Source: Salinispira sp. (GTDB taxonomy: Bacteria > Spirochaetota > Spirochaetia > DSM-27196 > Salinispiraceae). From it: a stretch of 64,000 nt of DNA. The translations under genes were made by a program, and so were the position numbers. Below are positions 45,941-55,325 of this stretch, piece after piece. Under the pieces are notes generated by a model. The model searched no databases and was not told where the DNA came from. It worked only from the letters and a program-made list of their open reading frames with translations. Position 1 is the stretch's first letter. Each line of letters opens with the position of its first letter. Location of the stretch: the NCBI GenBank assembly GCA_965226555.1, contig CBDDDG010000010.1:256001-320000 (forward strand), read 5' to 3'.

Positions 45941-46600
45941 GAAACTCACCTCACACAGCCGTACTGCCATCGATGTAACATCTGCCCCAACTCATAATAT
46001 GAAACCGACATATCCCATGACAGCCATACATCAAATTGTGTACAATGCCGTCATGCACAGAACCTACGAGGAAACAAACGCGCCAACACGGGTATATTGG
46101 TATAATGACCGTATTGAAATTACCAGCCCCGGAGGACCGTACGGGAATGTTACCCCGGAAAATTTCGGTAAACCGGGAATAACCGATTATGTTGTTATAC
46201 CCCTCGGGGCTGATCTTTTCTCCCTGCAGGGGCTCAAAAACCTCGGACCGACCCTGCGGGAATGGAGGGTAAACTGGAAAATGACCCGTACTGTCTGGCA
46301 ACAATGAAACATTACCGCAGTCTGGTACCAATGGCGCAGGAACACCGCAAGCCCCTGTTCATGCTCACCGCGGCAGACGGCGCCATCGGCGGTCATGCCA
46401 ATGCCGTTACAAGTGCACACAACGATTTTCAGCGGCTGGCCAAAAAAATATCCCATAATATGACCTGACATGGGGAAAAATACGTGAAACTTCAAACTGA
46501 GGGGAAGCGCGCAGCTTGCGGCAGACGAATATGAAAAATTTTATGCAAGCCGTCTGAAAATCATGAAAATTACATTCGATCCAAATTTGCGTTAATCGGA
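45933..46600 (+). pseudogene. Collapsed duplicate of the AlbA-ParA-RhuM cluster
   Basis: 45933-46189 = 43928-44184; 46181-46281 = 44874-44974; 46273-46479 = 45186-45392; 46479-46514 resembles 45594-45629. Confidence 0.9.
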
Positions 46601-46750
46601 ATGGCGATCTGGATGCGCAGCCCCCGACGCATGGGCGCTCAATATGCTGGCATACAACATCAAAAAGCTTTCTTGGCACCCAGTAACTGAATTTCAGTGA
46701 ATGCCGTCTCGTATTTCAGATGATTTCACATCAAACACCATAAAATAATT

Positions 46751-46775
46751 CAAAGTTTTCCAATGCAAAAGTTTG
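46751..46775. repeat. 25-bp short palindromic element
   Basis: CAAAGTTTTCCAATGCAAAAGTTTG, essentially the reverse complement of 32510-32534. Confidence 0.75.
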
Positions 46776-46818
46776 TCTTAAAAGCAATATCATGGATATT
46801 GTATCCGGCATTACTCAT
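46776..46818 (-). pseudogene. N-terminal stub of a type-2 Rpn gene
   Basis: Rpn leader + AGGAG, then MSNAGYNIHDIAFK (compare TGHIHDIAFK at 53350+); ends at the 25-bp element. Confidence 0.7.
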
Positions 46819-46946
46819 GTATATCTCCTGCTATATCTATAACGGGAGAAATGTTATTTTTAACTGTGTTTTTTGAAAGAATTTTGCAAAATTTGTGAAT
46901 TTTTTTCGGGAGTCGGGAATGGGGCTGGTATGCTCTGAATGTTGAT

Positions 46947-46980
46947 ATTATCCGCTCTGCGCGCAGGCAGAGCGGATAAT
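46947..46980. terminator. Hairpin directly after the Rpn stop
   Basis: ATTATCCGCTCTGC-N6-GCAGAGCGGATAAT perfect 14-bp inverted repeat. Confidence 0.6.
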
Positions 46981-48004
46981 TAGTGCGATCCGTTCCGCAA
47001 TGCCCGCATTTCCTCATCGCTCAGCCCGGTAACATCCTGAATGTCATGGGCTGAAAATCCTTTGGAAAACATACTGCGGGCCGTTTCTCGAATGCCTTCT
47101 TCACGACCTGTCTGCAATCCTGTCTGAAGTCCTTCTTCACGACCTGTCTGCAATCCTTCCTGCCGACCTGTCTGAAGTCCTTCCTGCCGACCTGTTCGCA
47201 GTCCTTCCTGCCGACCCATTTCCGCAATGCGCGCTCTGAATGTTTCCGCATTCATTCTGAACATTTTCGCTACCTCCTTACCTCTCGGTTCTTTTGTTCT
47301 TTCTGAAACTTTTGCATTGGAAAATTGTGCAAGCACAATTTCCAGTAGCAAAAGTTTCAAATTTGGAATGCTTTCTTTGTGCTTAGCATTCTCCAATTTT
47401 ATAGAAAGTTTTGCCTCTGGCAAAACTTTGCTTCTAACTGGTTCATTAGCGTGTCAAAGTCTATAACAATTCCGAACATCGAATCTACCACGCCGATAAA
47501 TTCCTTTATCAGCTCCAGCGATTCCTCATTCAGCATTTCTGCTATCGCTTTCTCCACCTTCTGAATGTCCCAATCCGTATTCAGCAGATTTTTCGAGTAC
47601 AGATCAAGGTACATAACAGCCGCAAACATTCTTCCCCGCTGCTGCAGCTGCTCCGCAGAATAATCGCTCTCACTTATCAGCTCGTAAGGAAAAGGGGGCA
47701 AGATACTGCGGGAATTTCCGCTTCCGTTGCTTTCTGACATTCCCGGGCACCTTCCATTTTCTCGTACCATTATAAAACACAATGGGCAGAAATATCAACT
47801 CGCAGTCATCGGGAATTGCGCCGGAGCGGTGAATGTTCCGGTAGAGAAGGTTTGTGTACTCCGACATGCGGAGGGGCATGTCTTTGTCCATGCGCCTCCG
47901 ACAAAGCGTTGCAGAAATTGGAGCATTATTGCGGGTTGGAACAGCAGAGAGCGGTATCCTTGGTCGTAGGGAACGGGGGCGGGTTTTTCTTTGAAATCGA
48001 TCAT
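46980..48004 (-). pseudogene. Second type-1 Rpn copy, disrupted; small C-terminal ORF 47264-46980 intact
   Basis: Close copy of 4589-5832 with a 160-bp deletion between GCGTGGAC repeats (removes ADIVCKI..LEHQS), a +1 near 47695 and the same insertion at 47305-47430. Confidence 0.88.
47305..47430. mobile_element. Composite palindromic element (126 bp)
   Basis: Reverse complement of 5322-5447 at the homologous site. Confidence 0.85.
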
Positions 48005-48020
48005 ATAATTCCTCCTGAAC

Positions 48021-48074
48021 GAAAGTTTTGCTACTGGAAATTGTGCTTGCACAATTTTCCAATGCAAAAATTTC
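48021..48074. mobile_element. 54-bp palindromic element with TSD TGAAC
   Basis: TGAAC at 48016-48020 and 48075-48079; absent from the paralogous site at about 4570-4585. Confidence 0.92.
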
Positions 48075-48209
48075 TGAACGTTTCTTTCTGAATAGGGGAG
48101 CTCCCATGGCGACATGGTCCCATGGTGAATTCTCTCCTCTATATCTGTGACGGGTAAAAAGTCATTTTTGACTATGTTTTTTGAGAAAATTTGAAAAAAG
48201 TTTGCCTTT

Positions 48210-49320
48210 GCTGGATTCAACATTTGAAGTGCACCACTTCGGGCCCACTGTGAGATAGTTTAAGCATTCTATCAAAAGCTTCCTGCGGTGTCAAATAGTT
48301 CAGAATTTTTCGCGGTCGATTGTTGAGCGACCGCTGAAACTCCAGTATTTTCCCTGCGTCAATCATATTGAAATCGCAGGACTTGGGAAATTGTCGGCGT
48401 ATGAGACCGTTGGTGTTCTCTACCGTTCCCTTTTCCCAACTGTGATACGGCTGGCAAAAATATACCTGCATACCAGTCAGCCGCTCAATGTTCTTATGAC
48501 GAGCGTTCTCGCTTCCGTTGTCGAGAGTGAGTGTCCTCCGCAGGTCGGGGGGCAATGACCCGAGCAGCGAAATGGCATGATGAGCAAAGGTAAATGATGT
48601 TCTATCCGCAAGCGGAGCAATGAAGGTCATCCGGGTTGCCCGTTCAACAAATACCGCCACAGCGCTGCGCTGACCCTTTCCAATTATACAATCGCCTTCC
48701 CAATGTCCTTCCTCGACACGGGCGTCAACCTCTTTTGGGCGCTCGCTAATTCCTTTCTTGCCAACGACATCGGGGTTCTTCTTACAATAAGCTCTCCGGT
48801 CGCAGCGTCTCTTCCGTTTCTTTCTCCGGGTCGGCAGCAGAACGCACCACTGACGATTTTTCGGTCGGTAACAATACTGGTAAATGGCTTCATGGCTTAT
48901 CGATTGACCGGTAATATCAATACCAATGCGCCCTGAGATTTGCTCGGGAGACCAGCTGCATTCCAGCTTTTCATGAACATAGTTCAGGACAATATCATTT
49001 TTCAGATGCGTATACTGACCTTTGTTTTTCCGACGCTCCCGCGCCTTCCGCTGAGCCTGATGAGCTACATACCGCCCGTGATCATTCCGGTTACGGTTCA
49101 ATTCGCGGTAAATGGTCGTATGGCAACACCCAATGGCCCGGGCTATCTCCCTGACGGGATATCCTTTTCGTCGATAATAGGCAATATCCTCATCACTTAT
49201 CCGTATCCAACTGATTATACTGTCTGTGCGCCACCTTTTTGTCCTCCTCGTAGTGGTTTTTTCTTATACTCACTATATCTCAGAGGGCGGGGAGGTGGTG
49301 CACTTATGGTTGAATTCACC
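48210..49320 (-). mobile_element. IS30-family insertion sequence
   Basis: Imperfect terminal IRs GCTGGATTCAAC..AAGTGCACCAC / GGTGAATTCAAC..AAGTGCACCAC; exact ends uncertain by 1-2 bp. Confidence 0.85.
48217..49234 (-). pseudogene. IS30 transposase, probably frameshifted near codon 14
   Basis: WSPEQI, GHWEGD, TLDNGSE, SWEKGTVENTNGLIR, LNNRPRK. GTG 49234 after GAGGAGG reaches TGA at 49195-49193; the HTH continues in another frame. Confidence 0.75.
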
Positions 49321-49402
49321 GTTTGCAAAATATTACTATTGCATGGATTCTTTGGGTATGATATTATCCAACAATCTCAATTGTATCGTGAGGAGTTATA
49401 TC

Positions 49403-51031
49403 ATGAACATCAAATTATACACGGGAATCCGCTTTCTATTCTGCGCGATGTGCATAGCATTAATTGCTGCATGTCCGATGCCGGAACCCGAGCCAATGCC
49501 GGAACCCGAGCCAACTGTGCCGGGTACAATAGGTGCCCCAGACCTTAAAGCGGGGAATGGGCAACTAACGGTTAACTGGACTGTGCCGAACAACGGCGGC
49601 AGCCCCATTATCGGGTATGCGCTGCAATATCGCACAGGCGAGGGAGAATGGACCGGAATTAGCTCCGGTTTCACCGGCACAAGCTACACCATTATGAACC
49701 TGACAAACGCCGCTGAGTACCACGTACAGGCTCGCGCCGTCAATGCAGTCGGCGCTGGGTCATGGTCGGAATCTGCCGTTGCAACTCTCCCTACCGCTGC
49801 AACTCCCCCTGCCACCATTCCTGACGCGCCGGCTGCTCCAACCCTATATGCGGGCACTGGGCGGCTTGTTGCGAGATGGTCTGAACCGGACGATAACGGC
49901 AGCGCCATTACCGGGTATGAGCTGATATATCGCGAAGTCGGCGTAACTACATGGACGGCTGCTTCCGGCATCACCGGAACAGACCACACCATTACCGGCC
50001 TGACAAACGGTGCTCTCTACCAAGTGCAGATGCGCGCCATCAACGCGGTTGGTACTGGACCCTGGTCTGCACCCGTAACGGAATCGCCGCTATTTTCTCC
50101 GACAGAGATTCCTTCAGGGGAGGAAGGGTCTATAAGCCTTTTGGCTGCCGATAATGCCATTGTTACTGCCAGTATTGCCAATGAGAACCTGAACATCAAC
50201 TTTTCTTTGACCACGGTAGAACCAGACCCTCTTTCGGTTACTGGAGGAGACCTTATGGTAACCCCCAATGGGGCGCCCACAGGAGTCACCATTCCGACAG
50301 TTAATGCGAGTACCGGAATTGTTACGGTTACCGCGAGTACAACAGCAGGAACATATCTGTTATATGGTGAAACAGAAAATGGCGACATACTCTTTGCCGA
50401 ATATTTCTATGTTACCGTGAGTCCACAAGATGGCGATGGTACTGGTGTTACTGCTAATGATGGTGATGGCGGTAACGATGAACTGAAAGCAGCGGTAGAT
50501 GCGGGAATAACTGCTTGGGGACAAACTGCCGATTTCAACTACATTATTACCACGGCAGTAACGGATATGTCTGAAATTTTCAATTCCAAAACCACATTTA
50601 ATGGCGATATCTCACTCTGGGATACTGCGGCGGTAACGAATATGAGCGGTATGTTTATTAGCGTAACAGTATTCAATGGCGATATCTCACTCTGGGACGT
50701 CAGTAAGGTAACGGATATGTCCTATATGTTCAATAATGCAAGCGTATTCAATGGCGATATCTCCGGCTGGGATGTCAGCTTGGTAACGAATATGTCCCAG
50801 GCTTTCCGGCAAGCAAGAGCATTTAATCGTGATATCTCAGCTTGGGAGCCTGCTGCGGTAACGAATATGAGCCGTATGTTTACTGACGCAGATGCATTCG
50901 ATCAGGATCTTGAGGAGTGGAAGGATCATTTGCCGCTCATTAATGCTAATGGCAAATACACCGGAACCAAAACAGATGTGTTTAAGAATTCCGGCGTGAC
51001 AGGTACTCTGGTGCCGTCATGGTATGAGTAG
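49403..51031 (+). CDS. Surface lipoprotein: 2 FN3 + DUF285 (BspA-like) repeats
   Basis: RBS GAGGAG; lipobox LIAAC; FN3 motifs; FNGDISLWD..VTNM..MF repeats. Confidence 0.9.
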   Translation: MNIKLYTGIRFLFCAMCIALIAACPMPEPEPMPEPEPTVPGTIGAPDLKAGNGQLTVNWTVPNNGGSPIIGYALQYRTGEGEWTGISSGFTGTSYTIMNLTNAAEYHVQARAVNAVGAGSWSESAVATLPTAATPPATIPDAPAAPTLYAGTGRLVARWSEPDDNGSAITGYELIYREVGVTTWTAASGITGTDHTITGLTNGALYQVQMRAINAVGTGPWSAPVTESPLFSPTEIPSGEEGSISLLAADNAIVTASIANENLNINFSLTTVEPDPLSVTGGDLMVTPNGAPTGVTIPTVNASTGIVTVTASTTAGTYLLYGETENGDILFAEYFYVTVSPQDGDGTGVTANDGDGGNDELKAAVDAGITAWGQTADFNYIITTAVTDMSEIFNSKTTFNGDISLWDTAAVTNMSGMFISVTVFNGDISLWDVSKVTDMSYMFNNASVFNGDISGWDVSLVTNMSQAFRQARAFNRDISAWEPAAVTNMSRMFTDADAFDQDLEEWKDHLPLINANGKYTGTKTDVFKNSGVTGTLVPSWYE

Positions 51032-51055
51032 TTTCATAGCCCGCAGCGGCCAGCC

Positions 51056-51220
51056 CTGCGCTCCACCTCCGGCAGGCGCGGGGGGCTGGTCGGAGGCGTG
51101 CGCCTCCGGGGCTGCTCGCCATGCGTCCGGCTCGCCCATGCGGCTGTTGCTGAGACTGGGCTGGTCGGCGTTGCACGCCTGCTCGCCATGCGGCTGTTGC
51201 TGAGACGGGGGCTGGTCGGA
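51056..51220. repeat. GC-rich dispersed/tandem repeat
   Basis: CTGCGCTCCACCTCCGGCAGGCGCGGGGG(G)CTGGTCGG also at 54606-54644 and partly at 53230-53248; internal duplication of CCATGCGGCTGTTGCTGAGAC. Confidence 0.75.
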
Positions 51221-51303
51221 GGCTCCGGCAGGGTTTTCGGCAGAATGTCTGCCAGTTGATTTCAGTACCGGAAAAGGCTATTATACATGAGAGGAGACAG
51301 ACA

Positions 51304-51930
51304 ATGCCAGAACTAACCGTACAAGAAATTAAAGACATGATGGCAGAAACGGCAAAGGCCCAAAAGGAGGCTCGAATTGAGGCTGAGCGTCGAGGGAGGG
51401 AAATTGACCTTCGAATGGAAAAGGACAGACAAGAGGCTAAGCGTCGAGGGAAGGAACTGGACCGCCGAATGAAGGAAACCGACCGCAGGCTAAAAAAGCT
51501 CGATGAACTCTTTACCTCCCAGTGGGGCAAGCTCATAGAGAGCCTCGTGGAGGGCGACTTGGTAAAGTTGCTCAAGATGAGAGGAATTACCGTAGACAAA
51601 ACTTTGGTTAGAAGAGAATATATAGAAGTTCCGGGAAAACCGCTTGCCGAGTTTGATCTTATTGCCTGCAACGGCAATGAAACGGTGGTAATTGAAGTTA
51701 AAACCACTCTCAGGGTAGAAGATGTGGATCATTTTCTCAAGAGCATGAAACTATTTCGAACAGCCATGCCCCGCTTTCAAAACGATATTATTTACGGGGG
51801 TGTTGCCTACATAAATGTTGTTGGATCGGCCGATAAATACGCTCAAAAAAAGAAGATCTTTGCCATTAAAGCCACGGGTTCCAGCGCCTCCATTATCAAC
51901 GCCGAAGACTTTGAACCGCAGACATTTTAA
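51304..51930 (+). CDS. Coiled-coil + PD-(D/E)XK restriction-endonuclease-like protein (DUF3782-like)
   Basis: RBS GAGGAG; KETDRR coil, WGKLIESLV, EFDLIA.NG..VVIEVKTTL. Confidence 0.75.
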   Translation: MPELTVQEIKDMMAETAKAQKEARIEAERRGREIDLRMEKDRQEAKRRGKELDRRMKETDRRLKKLDELFTSQWGKLIESLVEGDLVKLLKMRGITVDKTLVRREYIEVPGKPLAEFDLIACNGNETVVIEVKTTLRVEDVDHFLKSMKLFRTAMPRFQNDIIYGGVAYINVVGSADKYAQKKKIFAIKATGSSASIINAEDFEPQTF

Positions 51931-51936
51931 TTCATA

Positions 51937-51990
51937 GAAAGTTTTGCCTTGGAAAATTGTGCAAGCACAATTTCCAGTAGCAAAACTTTC
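51937..51990. mobile_element. 54-bp palindromic element, flanks not duplicated
   Basis: GAAAGTTTTGCCTTGGAAAATTGTGCAAGCACAATTTCCAGTAGCAAAACTTTC. Confidence 0.85.
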
Positions 51991-51992
51991 GT

Positions 51993-52757
51993 ATTGAGCA
52001 CAAAAGCGCGTATGATCCAAAGGTCAGCGAACAGTTCGATAAATACCAGAAAGCCCTCATAAACAGCAGGACATTTCAGGCGCAGACCGATCTTCTTGTT
52101 CTGGTGCTATGGTACCATGGCGAACTGATATGGGAAGGAGATCTCAGTTTCCACAGTTCAGGGGATGTGCATACACACATACCGGAAAAATTGTACACAA
52201 TGATGGAAAAATACCTTGCGAGGCCAAAGGTTCTCAATAGGCCTGTGATGCTCGATGTGAATAGGATGTGAGCGAGGAGGAGTTTACCCGGGGGTCAGAC
52301 GGGGTTATGTTGACAGGGGGAGCTCTGTGCTATATTATGCGGAAAGTCAGTAAGACAGGCGATGAAGACTTGAAACTGGATACACGCTTTGAAAAAATCA
52401 ACAGGGAAATAAATCCCGAAACAAAATTTTGCCTGAGGCAAAATTTTCTACAAAATGCGAGAATGCTAAGCACATAGAGTCATCCAAATGTGAAACTTTT
52501 GCTACTGGAAATTGTGCTCTGCACAATTTTCCAATGCAAAAGTTTCTGGAGGAGAAAGACGTATGATGAAAAAAGTTCAGATGAGCGATTGGTTTGTCAA
52601 CCAAGGCATGGAGAAAGGTCGCGCGGAGGGGCATATTGAGGAGCGGAGAAAAAACGCCCGCAGTATGTTTTCGGAAGGCTTGTCGACAGAGGCTGTTCAG
52701 AGGATTACCGGGCTGAGCGATGAGGAAATGCGGACAGTGCGGAACGGATCGCATTAA
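51993..52757 (+). pseudogene. Type-2 Rpn remnant lacking the N-terminus; small C-terminal ORF 52563-52757 intact
   Basis: Hand translation IEHKSAY..YQKAL..LWYHGE..W, 2-bp frameshift at about 52269, ALCYIMR..FEKINRE; colinear with 53350-54411. Confidence 0.8.
52422..52546. mobile_element. Composite palindromic element (125 bp)
   Basis: Same three-part structure as 5322-5447; removing it plus 5 bp restores the Rpn frame. Confidence 0.8.
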
Positions 52758-52776
52758 TTGGAGCCGCTCGGCCTAG

Positions 52777-53178
52777 GATGTCAGTACGGTAACGAATATG
52801 TCTGCTGGGAGCCTCTGGAAACTCGAAATTTTCATGATTCATTGCGTAAAACAACGTTGTTTTAAGCTCAATCATGCGGACACTGGTTAATTTTTCTGCC
52901 AGATATTAGGTTTCCAGAGGTTCCCTGCTATGTTTCAAAACGCAATCAAATTCAATAGCGATATCTCGGGCTGGGATGTCAGTTCGGTAACGACTATGAT
53001 CGCTATCTTCGCTTTCGCAAGCGCATTCAATCAGGATCTTGAGGAGTGGAAGGAACATTGGACGGCCGAAACCGGCAATAAGCTTACTACCGCTGATCCA
53101 TCCAAATATACCGGAACCACAACAAATATGTTTCAGGGTTCCGGCGTAACAACAACGCCGTCATGGTATGAGTATTAG
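52777..53178 (+). pseudogene. C-terminal fragment of a DUF285 lipoprotein, interrupted by a MITE
   Basis: After removing the insert: DVSTVTNMSAMFQNAIKFNSDISGWDVSSV...FNQDLEEWK...PSWYEY. Confidence 0.85.
52807..52925. mobile_element. 119-bp MITE, 16-bp TIRs, 4-bp TSD TGCT
   Basis: GGGAGCCTCTGGAAAC ... GTTTCCAGAGGTTCCC (15/16); TGCT at 52803-52806 and 52926-52929. Confidence 0.9.
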
Positions 53179-53349
53179 TTTCATAGCCCATAGCCCGCAG
53201 CGGCTAATGAAACGTTGCAATTCAACTCAGGCAGGCGCGGGGCTGGTCAAACAGTAATATCTCAAAATAATAGAAACTTTTTACAAAAATTTCTCATTTT
53301 GTCATTCATATCTCGTTTTTCTCCCGTCATAGATATAGCAGGAAAATGT

Positions 53350-54411
53350 ATGAAAAAATCATCCCAGAGCACAGGCCATATCCACGACATAGCCTTCAAG
53401 ATCGCCTACTACAGAACCCCCCGTATGATTCCCGACCTGCTACGGCTGTTCTGTGAGGATACGACTCTTGCCAAGCTGGACTTGGGCAAAATTCGTATTG
53501 AAAACCCCAGCTACATTGCAGGAAAAAAGAACCTTCACTGCGATCTCATTGTCAGCGCCCCCTTCTTGTCAGACCCCGACCGGAAGGCCCTATTCATTAT
53601 TGAACACAAAAGCTACCAGCATAAACATGCTCTCACACAGATCGATAATTATCAGTATGCCCTCAGAAACAGCAATGTGTACAATGAAAATGATGCTATC
53701 TATATACTGCTGCTCTACCATGGAAAAAATGAATGGAACCTCCCACTCACATTTTACAGTTCGCATGGAACTCCAGCTTCCGAATCCCTTACCGAAGGCA
53801 CGGTGGATGTCAGGGCGAGAGTGTCGTACATTGTGCGCGATCTGAGGCGAATGGACAAAAGGCAGTTGGCATTGCGTTTCGATGGAAAACGATATACATC
53901 GACTGCGTTGTGGTATATAATGCGAGATAATGAGATGGATGCTGAGGGGCTGAAAGAAATTGCGCAGCTCCTGAACGGTCTGTCATCACAAGACTTTACT
54001 GATCTGGCAGAGAGTGTGCTAGGGTACCTGAAAGATCTGGGACTGTATGGACAGTTTGAGAAAATTGACAGGGAACTATATTCTGAAGGAGAAAACAGTA
54101 TGCGGACATATAATATTACCAACGCCTTCGTCAGAGAAGGCATTGCGAAGGGCCGGATTGAGGGTCTTGAACAGGGAATGGAGAAAGGCATTCTGAAAGG
54201 CCGGGTTGAGGGTCTTGAGCAGGGTATCACAAAGGGCAGGGCTGAGGGCATTGAGAAAGGACTGCGAACAGGTCGCGCTGAGGGGCATATTGAGGAGCGG
54301 AGAAAAAACGCCCGCAGTATGTTTTTGGAAGGGTTGTCGACCGAGGCTGTTCAGAGGATTACCGGGCTGAGCGATGAGGAAATGCGGACATTGCGGAACG
54401 GATCGCATTAA
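53350..54411 (+). CDS. Rpn-family nuclease, type 2, apparently intact; probable internal start at 54100
   Basis: HDIAFK, CDLIVS, IIEHKS, LLLYHG..W, EG/KG repeats; internal AAGGAG 54086-54091 before an in-frame ATG. Confidence 0.88.
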   Translation: MKKSSQSTGHIHDIAFKIAYYRTPRMIPDLLRLFCEDTTLAKLDLGKIRIENPSYIAGKKNLHCDLIVSAPFLSDPDRKALFIIEHKSYQHKHALTQIDNYQYALRNSNVYNENDAIYILLLYHGKNEWNLPLTFYSSHGTPASESLTEGTVDVRARVSYIVRDLRRMDKRQLALRFDGKRYTSTALWYIMRDNEMDAEGLKEIAQLLNGLSSQDFTDLAESVLGYLKDLGLYGQFEKIDRELYSEGENSMRTYNITNAFVREGIAKGRIEGLEQGMEKGILKGRVEGLEQGITKGRAEGIEKGLRTGRAEGHIEERRKNARSMFLEGLSTEAVQRITGLSDEEMRTLRNGSH

Positions 54412-54569
54412 TTGAGCAGGGGCAAGCTCAGCTCCGGAGTGAGTATGTACTCAATATGCTTAAGGATGGTCTGTCTATGGACCTTATTCATAAGATTACC
54501 AAGCTCAGCGGGGATGAAATTCGAGCATTTACGAAAAACGAAAATGGCAGGGAAAACGGTAGAGCGTAG
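54411..54569 (+). pseudogene. Orphan alternative Rpn C-terminal tail (52 codons, no start of its own)
   Basis: IEQGQAQLRSEYVLNMLKDGLSMDLIHKITKLSGDEIRAFTKNENGRENGRA*; parallels SMFLEGLSTEAVQRITGLSDEEMR. Confidence 0.75.
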
Positions 54570-54728
54570 CACAGAGCTTTGCGCGCCTGAGCGTAGCGCA
54601 GAGCTCTGCGCTCCACCTCCGGCAGGCGCGGGGGGGCTGGTCGGCGCTCCGCGCCTGCTCGCCCAAGCATCCGGGCTGGTCGGCGCTCCGCGCCTTCACG
54701 CATCATAAAATTACTCAGGGGGAAAAAC

Positions 54729-55325
54729 ATGCAGATAGTCTGTCTTGATCTGGAAGGAGTTCTCATGCCGGAAATATGGCGTGCTCTGGCTCATGATACC
54801 GGCATTGAAGAACTCACACGCACAACCCGCGATGAACCCGATTACAACATTCTCATGCGGCAGCGGCTGAAAATTCTGCGGGAGCATCATGTATCAATAC
54901 AGGACATTCACCGAACCATTGCCGCAATGGAGCCGCTGGACGGGGCGGCGCTTTTCCTTGAAAGCCTGCGGCGGGAACGGCAAATCATCATTCTCTCCGA
55001 TACCTTTTACTCCTTCATAAATCCCTTCATGAAAAAGCTCGCCTCCCCCACTATTTTCTGTAATGATCTTATTATTGATTCCCAAGGAGTAATACAGGAC
55101 TATGAGCTCAGGAAGGAAAACGCTAAGGCAGACGCGGTTGCAGCGCTGCAATCCATGAACTTCACGGTCTTTGCCGCCGGCGACTCATACAATGACATTA
55201 CCATGATTCAGCAGGCAGACATGGCATGTTTCTTTCGTGCTCCCGAAAGTATACTGACGGAATATTCGACAATTCCTGCCTTTACCGACTATGAGAATCT
55301 ATTGAATTACATCTGCGGGGACTGA
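54729..55325 (+). CDS. thrH: Phosphoserine phosphatase / homoserine phosphotransferase
   Basis: CLDLEGVLMPEIW, TTRDEPDY, ILSDTFY, AAGDSYND. Confidence 0.92.
   Translation: MQIVCLDLEGVLMPEIWRALAHDTGIEELTRTTRDEPDYNILMRQRLKILREHHVSIQDIHRTIAAMEPLDGAALFLESLRRERQIIILSDTFYSFINPFMKKLASPTIFCNDLIIDSQGVIQDYELRKENAKADAVAALQSMNFTVFAAGDSYNDITMIQQADMACFFRAPESILTEYSTIPAFTDYENLLNYICGD

Noticed and set aside
48210..49320. IS30 as mobiliser of the palindromic elements
   Set aside because: Terminal sequences are unrelated, and IS30 normally makes 2-3-bp rather than 5-bp duplications.
54412..54708. 98-aa ORF in the track
   Set aside because: Wrong frame; the meaningful frame starts at 54411 (Rpn tail) and the rest is GC-rich repeat.
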